Virus record (IMG/VR): IMGVR_UViG_3300028025_001180
Reading direction: 5' to 3' (one strand)
DNA length: 64,000 nt
Origin: a virus
Lineage: Duplodnaviria; Heunggongvirae; Uroviricota; Caudoviricetes
Under the pieces are notes generated by a model. It did not search any database and was not told where the DNA came from. It saw only the letters and a program-made list of their open reading frames with translations. Of the stretch, positions 18,501 through 29,500 are shown in pieces. The position numbers and the translations under genes are program-made. Numbering within the stretch: the first letter of the stretch is position 1; every line of letters begins with the position of its first letter.

Positions 18501-20556
18501 CTTTACCTTTCCACTCATTATTATATGTATCTATAACTCTTTGAACGTCAGCATTTAATAACTTAGCCTGTCTAATAAGGGGCTCAACATTCTCTCTCAT
18601 TTGTAATTGTCTAATAGACTCATACAATGAGTTTAATAATTCAGCTTTACTTCTTTTCTCTTCAGGACTAGCTTTCTTAGAAGATATAGTGTCATATATC
18701 TTATTAAGCTTTTCAATCAACGTATCTAGTTTCTTATTACTAGTCTTTTCAGTTTCTAAACCTACAGGTAGTAAGTATGCTAGTTCTTCTTTGTTTAAGT
18801 TTACATCTCCTATCTGAACACCTGTCAACTGTGGTAGCACTCCTTCTTTAGGAATAGCTCCAGAATAAATTGCTCTGATAGGAATCATTCTTGTCTGTTC
18901 AAAGTCTTCTGGCTTAACACCATACCCCTTTTCTATAATAGACTTGTATTGTTTCATTTGTTGTCTCCAAGCACTCACCTTATACCAAGGAACATCTTTA
19001 TATCTTTGAACATTAAGGTCCATAAACTTCCAGTCTAAGATGCTCACCTTTCCTTCAGGAGTAACAGCAATAAAGTCTATAGTACCAGCTACATCACGTG
19101 ATGCATTATATACAGTCATCTCAGCAAGAAACTTTGTATTAGCAGGGAATGTTTCCAAACGAGCTGCCATGTTTCTTTTAAGAATATTATACATATCCTT
19201 GTTCTTAGGATTCAACTGAGATACATATCCATTATCATCAGGTCTTTCATTCTCAGGTCTTAATGTACCATCTTCATTTAAGAAGTAGTTCTTAAGCATG
19301 TGCTCAATATCAGCATGTCCTGCTGTACCTTTTTCTTTCTTAAGATCATCTACAGCTTGGTCATACTCAGACTTAGTCAAGTCTTTGTTAGCAAATCTTG
19401 TGCTATACCAATCCTTAACAAAGTCAGTAACTCTTCTCTTGATTCTATTACCATTGATTAAATAACCAGTGTCATCTTTTGTAATCTGATCACTAGTAAA
19501 TCTTAACTTATCAATTATAGCCTGTTGAGAATTAATGTTTTGTTGGAAATACACACCCTCAGTGTTTCTAATATCATCAACATTTCCAATTTCTTCACCA
19601 CCCAACACCATCATAGCTGCTTGGTCAAAGCCAGACTTAACAAATAATCCTTTAATAAATTCAACTATTTGGTTCCACCAACCTTCCACACTAGCCAATA
19701 GTTCTGGCTTCTCTGTAGAACCTTCATTCTTTTTAATGATAGTCTCAGCTAATATTTTACCAATAGCTTCCACCTTTAACTTTCTGATGTTAGGTTTGCC
19801 ATCAGCAGTTTGATATTGTTTATACTTACCATATGTAGCTAGGACATCAGAGTACATTTTGTAGCTGTTGATTTCTCCTAGTAACTTATTAAATAACTGA
19901 GGATTCTTTTGCTCTAGTATTTCTACAACAAAGTGCATAGCTTCTTCTGTAAGAGCTACATCTTCTTTACCTTGAGTTACCTTTACAAGCTTTTGCATGA
20001 TATCAGCAACACCATTCACGTCTTGCTTAACACCATCTACCTCTATGGCTTGTAGTGTTTTAATATCTACACCTATTCTATTTAAAAGATCTTTAACAAG
20101 ACTTACAGTTTGAGGAGCTGCTTTAGAAGCAGGTATCTCTTCTGTTTGTAATAAAATGCTATCTCCATCAGAGTTGACACCAAACGTAGTGTCATTCTCA
20201 AGATCTAATCTATTAGCCTCAGGTATCTCAAGATCTAATTCAGCCAAAGCTTGGTCAAGCTCAGCTGCATCTTTTGCATTCAAAGCATCCAACTGCTTCA
20301 CTGTAGGAGCAATAATAACTCCCACCTTATCTGAATATGCTTTGGGATAGAATACTTTCCCTAGGGCAATTTCAGAATTGATTGCTTTGTTAAGAGTGTC
20401 TGCCACAGAACGTGATACTCCATAGTAGTTCTCAGGATTAACTTTCTCTCTAGGAGATGTCCTAACTTCTATAAAGTCCTTACCATCAAAGTTCAAGTAA
20501 GGCTTGTTCTGTACATATTTCTCAACTGCAGTTTTTATACCTGTTTGACAACTCAT
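15556..20556 (-). CDS. Large virion (presumptive ejected/cargo) protein, 1666 aa. Its start is coupled to the stop of the 3660-aa gene by a TAATG overlap.
   Basis: A long uninterrupted ORF with coding-like composition. The ATG at 20556 overlaps the TAA of the upstream gene. No catalytic motif recognised. Confidence 0.7.
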   Translation of the reverse strand: MSCQTGIKTAVEKYVQNKPYLNFDGKDFIEVRTSPREKVNPENYYGVSRSVADTLNKAINSEIALGKVFYPKAYSDKVGVIIAPTVKQLDALNAKDAAELDQALAELDLEIPEANRLDLENDTTFGVNSDGDSILLQTEEIPASKAAPQTVSLVKDLLNRIGVDIKTLQAIEVDGVKQDVNGVADIMQKLVKVTQGKEDVALTEEAMHFVVEILEQKNPQLFNKLLGEINSYKMYSDVLATYGKYKQYQTADGKPNIRKLKVEAIGKILAETIIKKNEGSTEKPELLASVEGWWNQIVEFIKGLFVKSGFDQAAMMVLGGEEIGNVDDIRNTEGVYFQQNINSQQAIIDKLRFTSDQITKDDTGYLINGNRIKRRVTDFVKDWYSTRFANKDLTKSEYDQAVDDLKKEKGTAGHADIEHMLKNYFLNEDGTLRPENERPDDNGYVSQLNPKNKDMYNILKRNMAARLETFPANTKFLAEMTVYNASRDVAGTIDFIAVTPEGKVSILDWKFMDLNVQRYKDVPWYKVSAWRQQMKQYKSIIEKGYGVKPEDFEQTRMIPIRAIYSGAIPKEGVLPQLTGVQIGDVNLNKEELAYLLPVGLETEKTSNKKLDTLIEKLNKIYDTISSKKASPEEKRSKAELLNSLYESIRQLQMRENVEPLIRQAKLLNADVQRVIDTYNNEWKGKDPGAFTDKQKNDLSDRILSYETSLMVYTSLATDLKSLFKKDLSEKDQALWQDIRDTAESANELEADLEEVRKDFAENVIAKDVNVMDLLKPEKVIKGFSKLFNSTSVIQLKSAEILYKMANRAFGLASIETSEQGNKLLAIKEKYDKWAKSKGLTNKNYFDIIKKKNKNELINEFSSEFYETLKSKIAEKDTQWVRDNIDVSKYNEFLKEQKEKEFKRIEDKPRFGDEESINKEKKREVADVNALYNTSTTDSPGWLLYEFVSKFPKAERWESEAWKELNKPENKPAKEFFDYIKDRNEYLVGIKYINSRDARVFLPFVRKSLTEKIVMGGEYKLGESLLRNITITEGDVGYGEIDPITKEPVYSIPKYFTRETVEEASEDLFRNMTLLNNMAIRYEYLSNIEHQLNVIIKVESNKEAIKTSYFGKTKYRPDGTVETTSDNSDNTKLIRDMMAAIVYGQKYVESENFDQLLGGIANFGKRANKVLGRKVFTEDYDDAQISLNKTITQLNNVFQMKTLGLNPISALSNFLGGSFQSYINAGKFFTKADFVRNEFMLAGKMNGVDSKKYIGALQYFQPLTENYNNILAKELSVSKFSQEGIQDFLMILMRTGDQYVQSINFFSYLENSIVEDGKVFNVREYLKKQPEFANMFTGTAEERSQLKEKFESEVKRLIDEKGFLKLAKVEGNELVVEGLDRKSDSVIELRRKVQAITKDALGNLSEDDLRKINLNIYGKSFMVFKNWIPRLVDVRFGNLKYNSATEAYEWGRTRNMFRLLTQDFMGSVDSLISSIKGDDQKFVDQIKRLYESKRSDYEKDTGKELRMTEGEFVELVSNNIRNQMTDFMFYLALSTLIIGAKAVEPGDDDDRATKNRYKYMLRVMDKIRDEVAYFYNPTSFLGLTTSGIFPAISYLENFKKLFVNFGTEMYALGVGDEEKAEKTQVVKYLLKGFPIASQVDAVLLMFYPDIAKDLGMKAQSEAKPFGK

Positions 20557-23500
20557 TAGAATTTACATTTAAAGTCTTTAGTACTTAGATCTGTTTCTGT
20601 TTCAGGTTGCGAATTTAATTCATTTTCAACAATACCTGTAAAGTATTTTATGATTTCTGAATTAGGAATTTCATTGTTCACCTTACCTGTATTATTATCT
20701 AGCTCAGAAGGTTTGTTGAATTTATAATATTCAGAAGTGAATTGTCCATCTCCATATAAGTTTACCATCTTGAATACAAACTTTCCTTTATATGTTCTCA
20801 ACGCTTCACCACTTACAAACTTAACTTTCTGATAACCAAACATTTGTCCAATCATAGGATCACCTTTGGCTTTTAGTTCTGCATATCCTGCTCTTGTAAT
20901 AGTCTTGCCAGTCATGAAGTCAATCATCTCACCATACTTAGTAGTGATGATGCGTGGAATAGTTACCATATCATAGCCAGCAGCTTTAGACTTTTCTCCT
21001 ACAGTGATTACAAGTTTATCATTCTCACCAATTCCAATCTCTGGGATTTCTACAAATCCTGTAAACTTGTATTGAGAAATTATTTCATTCTTAAACTCAC
21101 CAATCTCTGTTACAGACTCTTCGTCAATATAAGGAGCAATAGCAGGAGTGATATCTGGGTTTTTCCAATTGTTTCTTTGGAACCAATTGTTGTTAGCAAA
21201 CTCTTGAACGTTTGTATCTACTACAGCTGTGTTTACAATATTCTTCACTTCTGCAGAATAGTCTTCAATAGGAATGATGTTCTTAATAGATACAGCAGAT
21301 TGATATGTACCTTGTATGATAGCTACTTTGATAAGATCTTTGAATAGTTGGTTAGTGTCTAGATTGTCTCTCAACTCTCTCATCATACCAATATACATGT
21401 TCTCATCATAAGCTTCTTTGATATTAGCCTTAAGCTTAATAGTCTTAGGACTGTTTGGTCTTTCTGCAGACACTACAACTAAGTCTTGTAGTATTTGTAC
21501 ATTAGGATATTTTTGTTTATCTTCTTCTAACTTCACTGCTACAGACTCTGGACCAAAAGATAACTCACTGATATTCAATGGGGTCTTTCTACCTGTTTGA
21601 ATAATATAATCAAGCAAGCTTGCTGTAGCTTTCTCAGCCACTCTATTAAATGTATCTTTAGCCATGTAAAACTTCTCAGCATATTGTTGAATAGTATTCT
21701 CAAGTACTCCTCTGAATTCAGATTGGTTAAACTTAAGGATAGCACCCAACGCTGTATTAGATTGATCTAACACAGTTTTTTCTGTACCTAAGAAAGAACT
21801 GTCTAATACTTTCTCTGGAGAACTAATGGCACCTTTAGTTTGTGCACGATCAGTCATCATTTCTTTTCTATAGAAGTCATCAGCATTTCTAAACGTAGTA
21901 GTATCATAATTGATAGCCTGTGTGAAGTTAAAGTTCTCATCAGCTAGAGTAACATAAGATAAGAACTCATTCAGTATCTTGTGTTGTTCAGCATTCTGAG
22001 CTTCAGTCATTGCATTCTTAGCATAAGAAGATATATTATCTTCAAAGTTGCCTTCAGCAATTGTAGCTGCTTGGATAGCTTTTGGATTTGCAGGGAAGTT
22101 TATCTTAGCTTGTTTAATGTAATCAGGATTGCTTATTGCATATCTAGGAGCACCATTAGCATCTAAGTTCTTAATGTGTTCTCTTATGATAGGCTGATTC
22201 ATGAACATAGCCACTGTCTTCATAGGAACACCTGCACGCTCTAACAACATGAATGTACCCACAACTCTATTGCTGTAGATAATCTTCATGATGTATGGGT
22301 CTTTAGCAATATCTACGAAAGCATTCGCATACATTGATAACTTATCAGAGATGTATTTACCAGCCTGGTCTAACATACCAGAAAGTGATATATGCTCAAA
22401 GCCACCATCAGTAAACTTATTATGTTGTAAAGCCATTTCTGTTTGTGGATTCTCTACAAACACATCTGTCTTTTGTGCAAGGGAATTACCTGTAATATTT
22501 ACAGCAGCAATACCAATCCATCTCTTACCAGTCAAGAACGCATGTCTTTGATTAGTCATGTAGTTTCTATCTAGCAATCTATTCTTGATATCACCTTCAT
22601 CTTCTCCTCTCAATGTATCTAAATCACCAGCAATCTCTTTAAGAGTTGTATCTGTATTAGGAGAAGTCAATCTATTAAAGTTCTCTGGTAAAGTTAACAA
22701 CGCTTCAATAGATCTAAAGTATTCATTCTCAAGAGATTGTTTGTAAAGTTTATCTGCTAATGTACCATAGTCATCAACTCTGCTTCCAGAGATTTCACTA
22801 TTGATATCTAACATTGCTTTGATGTCTTCTTCAAGAATAAACTTCTTGATAGCCTCTTTAGCTTGATCTCCATATCCAAAGAATGGTACAGACTTAATCT
22901 CTCCAGAAGGAGTTACATATACATTCTTTAAGTATAGATTTAATTTATCTATGTCAAAGTCAGATCCAGCCTTTGTAGTGATCTCAGAAGGAACCACAAT
23001 TGTCTTACCCATAAATTCAGGTAGGAAACCTTTGATTCTAAATACCTCCATAGAGTTTAAGCCCTGTGTTGGAATACGAAATCCTATACCTTTTAATATC
23101 TCTGATCCTTCTAATAACTTAATTAGTTCTTCATCAGTCTTACCTTTAGGTAATTGTTTCTTGAACCATGCAGGAAGATATACTTCCATGTATGGATCTT
23201 CTTTAGTGTAGAACTTAAGAGCAGACTTCTTTAATCCTTCTCCTCTAGACTCACCAGCTTTCTCCCACATTGTTACAGGAACCTGTACAGCAGGGAAACC
23301 ATTCACCTTAGGAGATACAATAGACTTGTCTACAATTGAATACAAGATGTTCTTGATTTGAATGTAGTTTGTAGATGCTTCGAATGGCATATAAAACTCT
23401 CCAGTTTCAGGATCAATAGATATACTATCAATACCATTCTCAGACATTTCTCTCTTAAGCATCTCTTGTCTCAATGTATCAGCTACAACAGTTTTGTCTT

Positions 23501-26500
23501 TAACAACAAAGTTGTCACCTAGGTCTTCAATACCAAGCTTTCTTAATAACTCTTGATATCCATTTAAGATCATTTCTTTTAATACCTCAGTATTATGTTC
23601 TGCTTTCTTTTTAATATCTTCACTAAGAGCCTTACCATCACTGTATAAGTCAACAGTGGCTAATTTAGTAGGTTGAGAACCAAGAGTTTGTTTGCTATCT
23701 TTGTCATAGCTATTCTCTACTTGGATACCATAAGCATCCCAGCCAACATTGATTGTATTGTTAAATACTTCTTCATTAAAGCTACCATCTTCATTGTATA
23801 ATTTGTGTAACTTCTCAGCTCCTACCTTTCTACCAGAAACTACAATAGCATAGTCATACCCTTCCTTAAACATTTTCTCATAGAATTTGCCAAGGTTAGT
23901 TCCTTTTATAGCTTTGTAATACAAAGGCATTTGTGAAAACTTATCTAACACCAAGTCAGTATAAACTTTACCATATTTATTACCAGATACAATAGGCTTT
24001 AATACATCTGTAACATATATAGGTTCAGGTTGTTCTACTAACGCTTCATCATGTTTACGTAATGCTTCACTTCTGTAAGTGTAGCCAGGAACATTCTGTC
24101 TTGTGTAAGCCATTTGCCATTGATGCCAATCTTCAGCCTCATCAGACCATTGACCATTCTTTAACTTCACCTCTTTGTATGCAGCGTCCATAATCCAAGA
24201 AGCAGCATCTGCTTCATTTGATTTAGGATAGAAACTATCTGTTACATTTACGTCAGCAGCTGTGAACGTCTTAGCAAAGTTCTTATGATCATGATATCCA
24301 TAATCATTAGGAGTTAACTCAACACCAGCTACAGTATTATATTGTTTATTGAACAAGTTGTTAAACTCATCAGAGTTTACAGTGATTCTTCTTGGAGATA
24401 AGAAAGACTTAATACGCTTAGTCTCATCTAATTGATTGCCCTTAATCTCAAACTGATATGGATCACCAAACAAGATCTTGTGGAACTCCACGTTGTTAAT
24501 CATGTAGTTAGCATTAGCAAACTTGATAACATTATTAACATCTTGATCTGTCAAAGCCAACTTATTTAAGCCAGCCTTTTCAGTGAATCTATTCTCTAGT
24601 TCAGGCATTAAGAAATTACCTACTTCTTTACTAGCAATAACCTTTTGTGTCTCCACTAAGTTTTGTCTAGTCTTGACAACAGTGTTATCTAATGACTTTA
24701 ATATGGCTGTGTCTAAATCTTCACGATTTGTATTAATAAAATTATTAATATCTTCTTCTGATGCTCTATTGTCAATAAGCTTTTGTACCTTATTCAACAA
24801 TGTAGCAGGAAGCATATCCTTTAAGAATCTAAGTTCTGTAGCTTTATCTCCTACGTTTCTAAGCTTAGTTCTGTTAGTGCTGTCTTGAGCTAACTTAATC
24901 TCATCCTTTAAGTATCCTAGGAATGTGTCAGTGAATAGCGTATCTATGTTACCAGCAGCTACATCTGTATAGGCAATTGTGTTACCTAAGTCCATCATCC
25001 ATTCTCTAGAACTATCTGCAGGGATTAATACATAATATCTACCATCTAGGTTTTGATTCATTTCTGTAATGTACCTATCACCTATGCTTAGAGAAGATGT
25101 TGTTTGTCCTGCGTTATCTACAACATCCTTAACCCCCTGTATGTATTGTAACTTGATCTCAGCAATTCTATTACCTTCTTCATCAAAGAACTTACCACCT
25201 AGCTTTAACACTTGGCTGTTTGTAGAGAATACATCATTTAACTGAGGCATGTTCTGCTTCAATTCTTCCAATGTGTCAGAAGAGTTAAATACGTATTCTA
25301 ATAAAGAAGGATAGTTTGCATCTGTGTCAGATTGTATTCTATTACCATCTACACCAAAGTATGTGCTGTCTTCTGCAGGAGAAGCAGCCACTGTATATAA
25401 CTTAGCTAACTCATTTAACTGTGTACGAATACCAAGCTTTCTACCACCAAAGCTCATCAACTCATCTGTCTTACTAAGACCTAACTTAATACCACTTACA
25501 GCATCAGAGAAAGCTTTCTTATTCTTAACCTTATTGTATACAGCCATTGGGAACTCGATACCCAACTCTCCTAAGAACTCTATCTTATCTTGAGGAGTCT
25601 TAATGTTGTAATCCTCTTTCTTAACTGTATAAATCTTTCTCTTCTCATCATAGCTAATGATAGAACCAGGCTGTTCAGCCTTAGTCTTCATATTCTCTAT
25701 CCACTCAGATCTTGTTGCAGCAATAGCAGAAGCTTGATTAGCAGGAGCAGTGTATATGTTATTACCATCCATGAACATAGCTAACGCATCAGGTCTTTGT
25801 TTTGTAAACACCTGATAGAAGTTAGTAAACAATCTAATGTCATGAGGTTTATAAGAATTAAAGTCAATCTTACCAGTGGTTAGATTACCACCTAAACGCT
25901 CAAACAATCTAACGTAGTCACTGTTCTGTTTAGCTAACTCATGTAGCTTAGACACAAACTCAGGGATACTTCTTGTGTTAGAAAGTCTATTCATCAAAGT
26001 TGTGAACGCTTGATTAAAAGGCAATAACTTAAGTCCACCAATACTAGATGTATCAGCTTCAGGACGTTTAAGTACTGCACTTGCTTCTTGGTTCAAACCT
26101 TTTGTCTTAATCAAAGTACCAATCAATAACTTAACAGCGTATGGAGAAGACTTCTTAAAATTAACAGTGAATGCTTCAGCTGCATAGTCTTTTCTATTAG
26201 CACCATCATCATTAACTGTAACTCTACTATCTTCATCAAACTCAATTCTGTATGTCTTCAAGAACTCTTTAGTTCTTTCAACTAACTTAACGTATTGATT
26301 CTCAGTGATTTGTGTTGCAGGGTTATCACCTATAACATTGTTCTGTATGTATTTCTCCTTGATTCTATTAAATAAATCAGAAGCTGTAATATCTTCTACA
26401 TTAAACAAAGAGCTGTTGTTGGCAAATATCTCACCAAACACTCTAGCTGTAATGTCTTGTACAAACTCATTAGTTTGTTTAGCATTTATACCTTCAATTT

Positions 26501-29500
26501 TTCTATACTCAGCAGCTTCATTCTTAACAGTTTCAGGAAGTGTTCTATCTGCAAACTCACCTGTATCTATAGCTTTGAATAACTCTTCTTTCAATGTAGG
26601 TTTATTTACAAATGATTTGAAGAAATCCATAATAGCTTTGAAGAAGTTCTTAATCTTTTCTGTAAGGTTTCTAGCAGGTAACTTACCAAGTCTGAACTCA
26701 GCAAAGTCATCAGCTATTCTTTCCTTAGCTTGTTGATCTGTAGCGTTTGCATAATCTATTCTTCTACCAGACTCTCTATCTAAGAAAGAACCTGTTTGAG
26801 CTTTGAACTCATCAAGTATAGCTTGTTGTTCTCCTTGAGATAAGAAACCTTTCCAGATACCTTCAAATATCTCATGGTATTCTGTACCTCTCTGAGCTCC
26901 TTTAAAGAACTTAGCTACACCATTCTCAAATGCTCCCCATGCCTTCTCTGTACTATTGATGTTAATAACATTCTCTAACACTTCATAAGGAATAGTTTTA
27001 GCATTCTTAGCGTGCCATTCTTTAAACAATGCAAGCTCAGTGTCACTTATTCTATCTACATCTGTTCTACCAATTCTTCTATATTCAGCATCACCAATGT
27101 TGATGTTCTTAGGTTGGTCAGGAGTAATGACTTCTTCTTCAACAACAGGAGCTGCAGCTTTTCTTTCACTTAATAACTTAGCTGTAATAACCTCAGCAGC
27201 AAACTTAGCAGCAGTTTGAATAGGTTGATCTAACTCATCAAACTTACCTAAGTCTTTCAACTGTTGTGTAGCAACAGCCATTAGTTGTGGATTGTCAACA
27301 ATCTTTTGGATGTTTGGATTCTCACCAACTAACTCTACAGTAAAGTCACCTTTACTGTCTGTAGTAACTGTATATGTAACATCACCTACATTAGACTTAT
27401 ATGTCTCCACTCCAGGTTCTGCAGGTTTAGCTACAGATTGTTTTGGAAGTTCTAAGCCATTTAGAATAATATACTTTTGTTTATGTGTATAAGGAACAGC
27501 CTCTGTAGGTTTAGCCACAGTGGTTGTCAAAGGAGCTATACGTCCAGATCCATCAGGGTTCTTACTTGCTAACAAATAAGACTGATAGTTCTTCCAGCTT
27601 CTTTGTGCTAACTTACCAGCAGCATCCACATAGAATTCTACAAATGGTTCACCTAGTCCTAAGTTAACTGTGAAGCTATTTACATTATGAAACACTCCTT
27701 GTAAATCACTTATAATAGGAATCTCTTGTTTCTCTATATTAGCAAAGTCATATGTATTAGTTCCAATGTGTAATACAGATCCTTCTATATAAATACGATT
27801 GCTACTTCCTTCACCCACACCTTTTGCTACAGCATCTGCGTTGGTATAGAATGTAACTCCCTGTAAAAATCTCTTATATATCTCATTAAACTTAACTGGC
27901 TTCTTAGCAGCAATTTGTTGCTTAGCTTCATTAGACATCGCTTTGAGTACATTATAAACTGCACTTGCTTGGTCTTTAGTTAAGTTAGAATTGTTTAAAT
28001 ATTCTAATGTATCTTGGTCTTGGAATACAGGTCTGCCATTAGGAAAGTTATAAGTTATACCATCTATATGGTCAACACCTCCTTTAGTCACAACAGTCAA
28101 AACTTGTTGTGTAGCAATTTGATTCTCAGGAACAAGAATACCACCTACAGACTTTTTAACATCATCTGTAATAGCAATACCTTTAGATGGAGTGAAGTTA
28201 AATATTGGATACTCTTCTTCAGCAGCTTCTCTTAAGTCTTTACGATATACTTCGTATGCAGCTAATTCTAATGCAGCTTGTTCTTCTTGACCAGCTCTAT
28301 TTCTAGGTTCACCTTTACTATTGTCTAATTTAGCAGCAGGCATACTTGTAAATACCACCTTATTTAATTCTACTTGCTCACCCACTTTACCAATAGGATT
28401 GCCATCCTTATCTACAAATTGTCTTTCTCCTTTCTTATCTTCTACAAATACAAGACCAATAAAACCATAAACAGGATCATTTAATAAGTCTGTATCAAAG
28501 TTACCTTCTCTAAAAGATAGTTCACCAAGACCAGCTAATCCTAATGCAGCTTCTTGTTTCTGAGTGACAACAATAGCTTTGATGTTCTTATTATTCTTAA
28601 AGGTCTTTACCTTGTTTATAAACTCATTATAACGTGTAACGTTAGGAGCTAATACTTTTTCCCAGTCAATAGAAGCAGACGTAGAAGATGTAAACAATAT
28701 ACCTGCATCTTTCTTAGGAGTTTCTTTAGGACTAGGACTATTCATTAAGTCTTCATCATTGTTGCCTGTTGGGACAACTCCAGATGTAGCAGCAATATCA
28801 GTTTGTGCAGATTTAATCTTATCTGCTACAGCATTCATCTTCTCTCTATTAGCTTGAAGATCAGCTTGTTCTTTTAAATATGTTTCTGAAAGTGCATTGA
28901 ACTCAGTCTCAACAGCATCAATTAATTGTGCATTGTTTAAAGAGTTAATAGATGTTAACTTATCTTCTCCTTCAGGAAGTGTAACACCTGCAAACTCAGG
29001 AGTAGATAATACATTATCAATAGCAGCATCCATTATGTCTTTCAACTCTGGAGACTCTACACCCTCATCTGCTAAATCTAATGTTTCAAAATCTTCAGGA
29101 GTTAAGAAACTTACATTACCTCTAGGTAACTGCACTTCAAACTCACCACCTAATGTTTGAGATAACACCTTAACCTTAGGTGCTAGCGTAAGTGTATTCT
29201 CTTCTTTTCTAACAGGTTGTTTTAAGAAGTACTCTTTACCAACCTCTAGTTTTCTTTCTTTCTTTATAGGAAACAATTCAATCTGTCCTTCTGGAGTAAC
29301 TGGTTGTTCTTCTCCTTCCACCACTGTAACAGGCACTTCTTCTGTAGCACCAAACTCTACGTCAGGCTTGAATTGGAATTCTGTAGGATTAGCCTTGATA
29401 GCATCATACTCATCAATAAACATTTTCCTACGTAAGCCTAGCTCAATGATATCAGACAATGCTGTCTTCAAATCATCCTTAGTCTCAGAAGTTACGTCCA

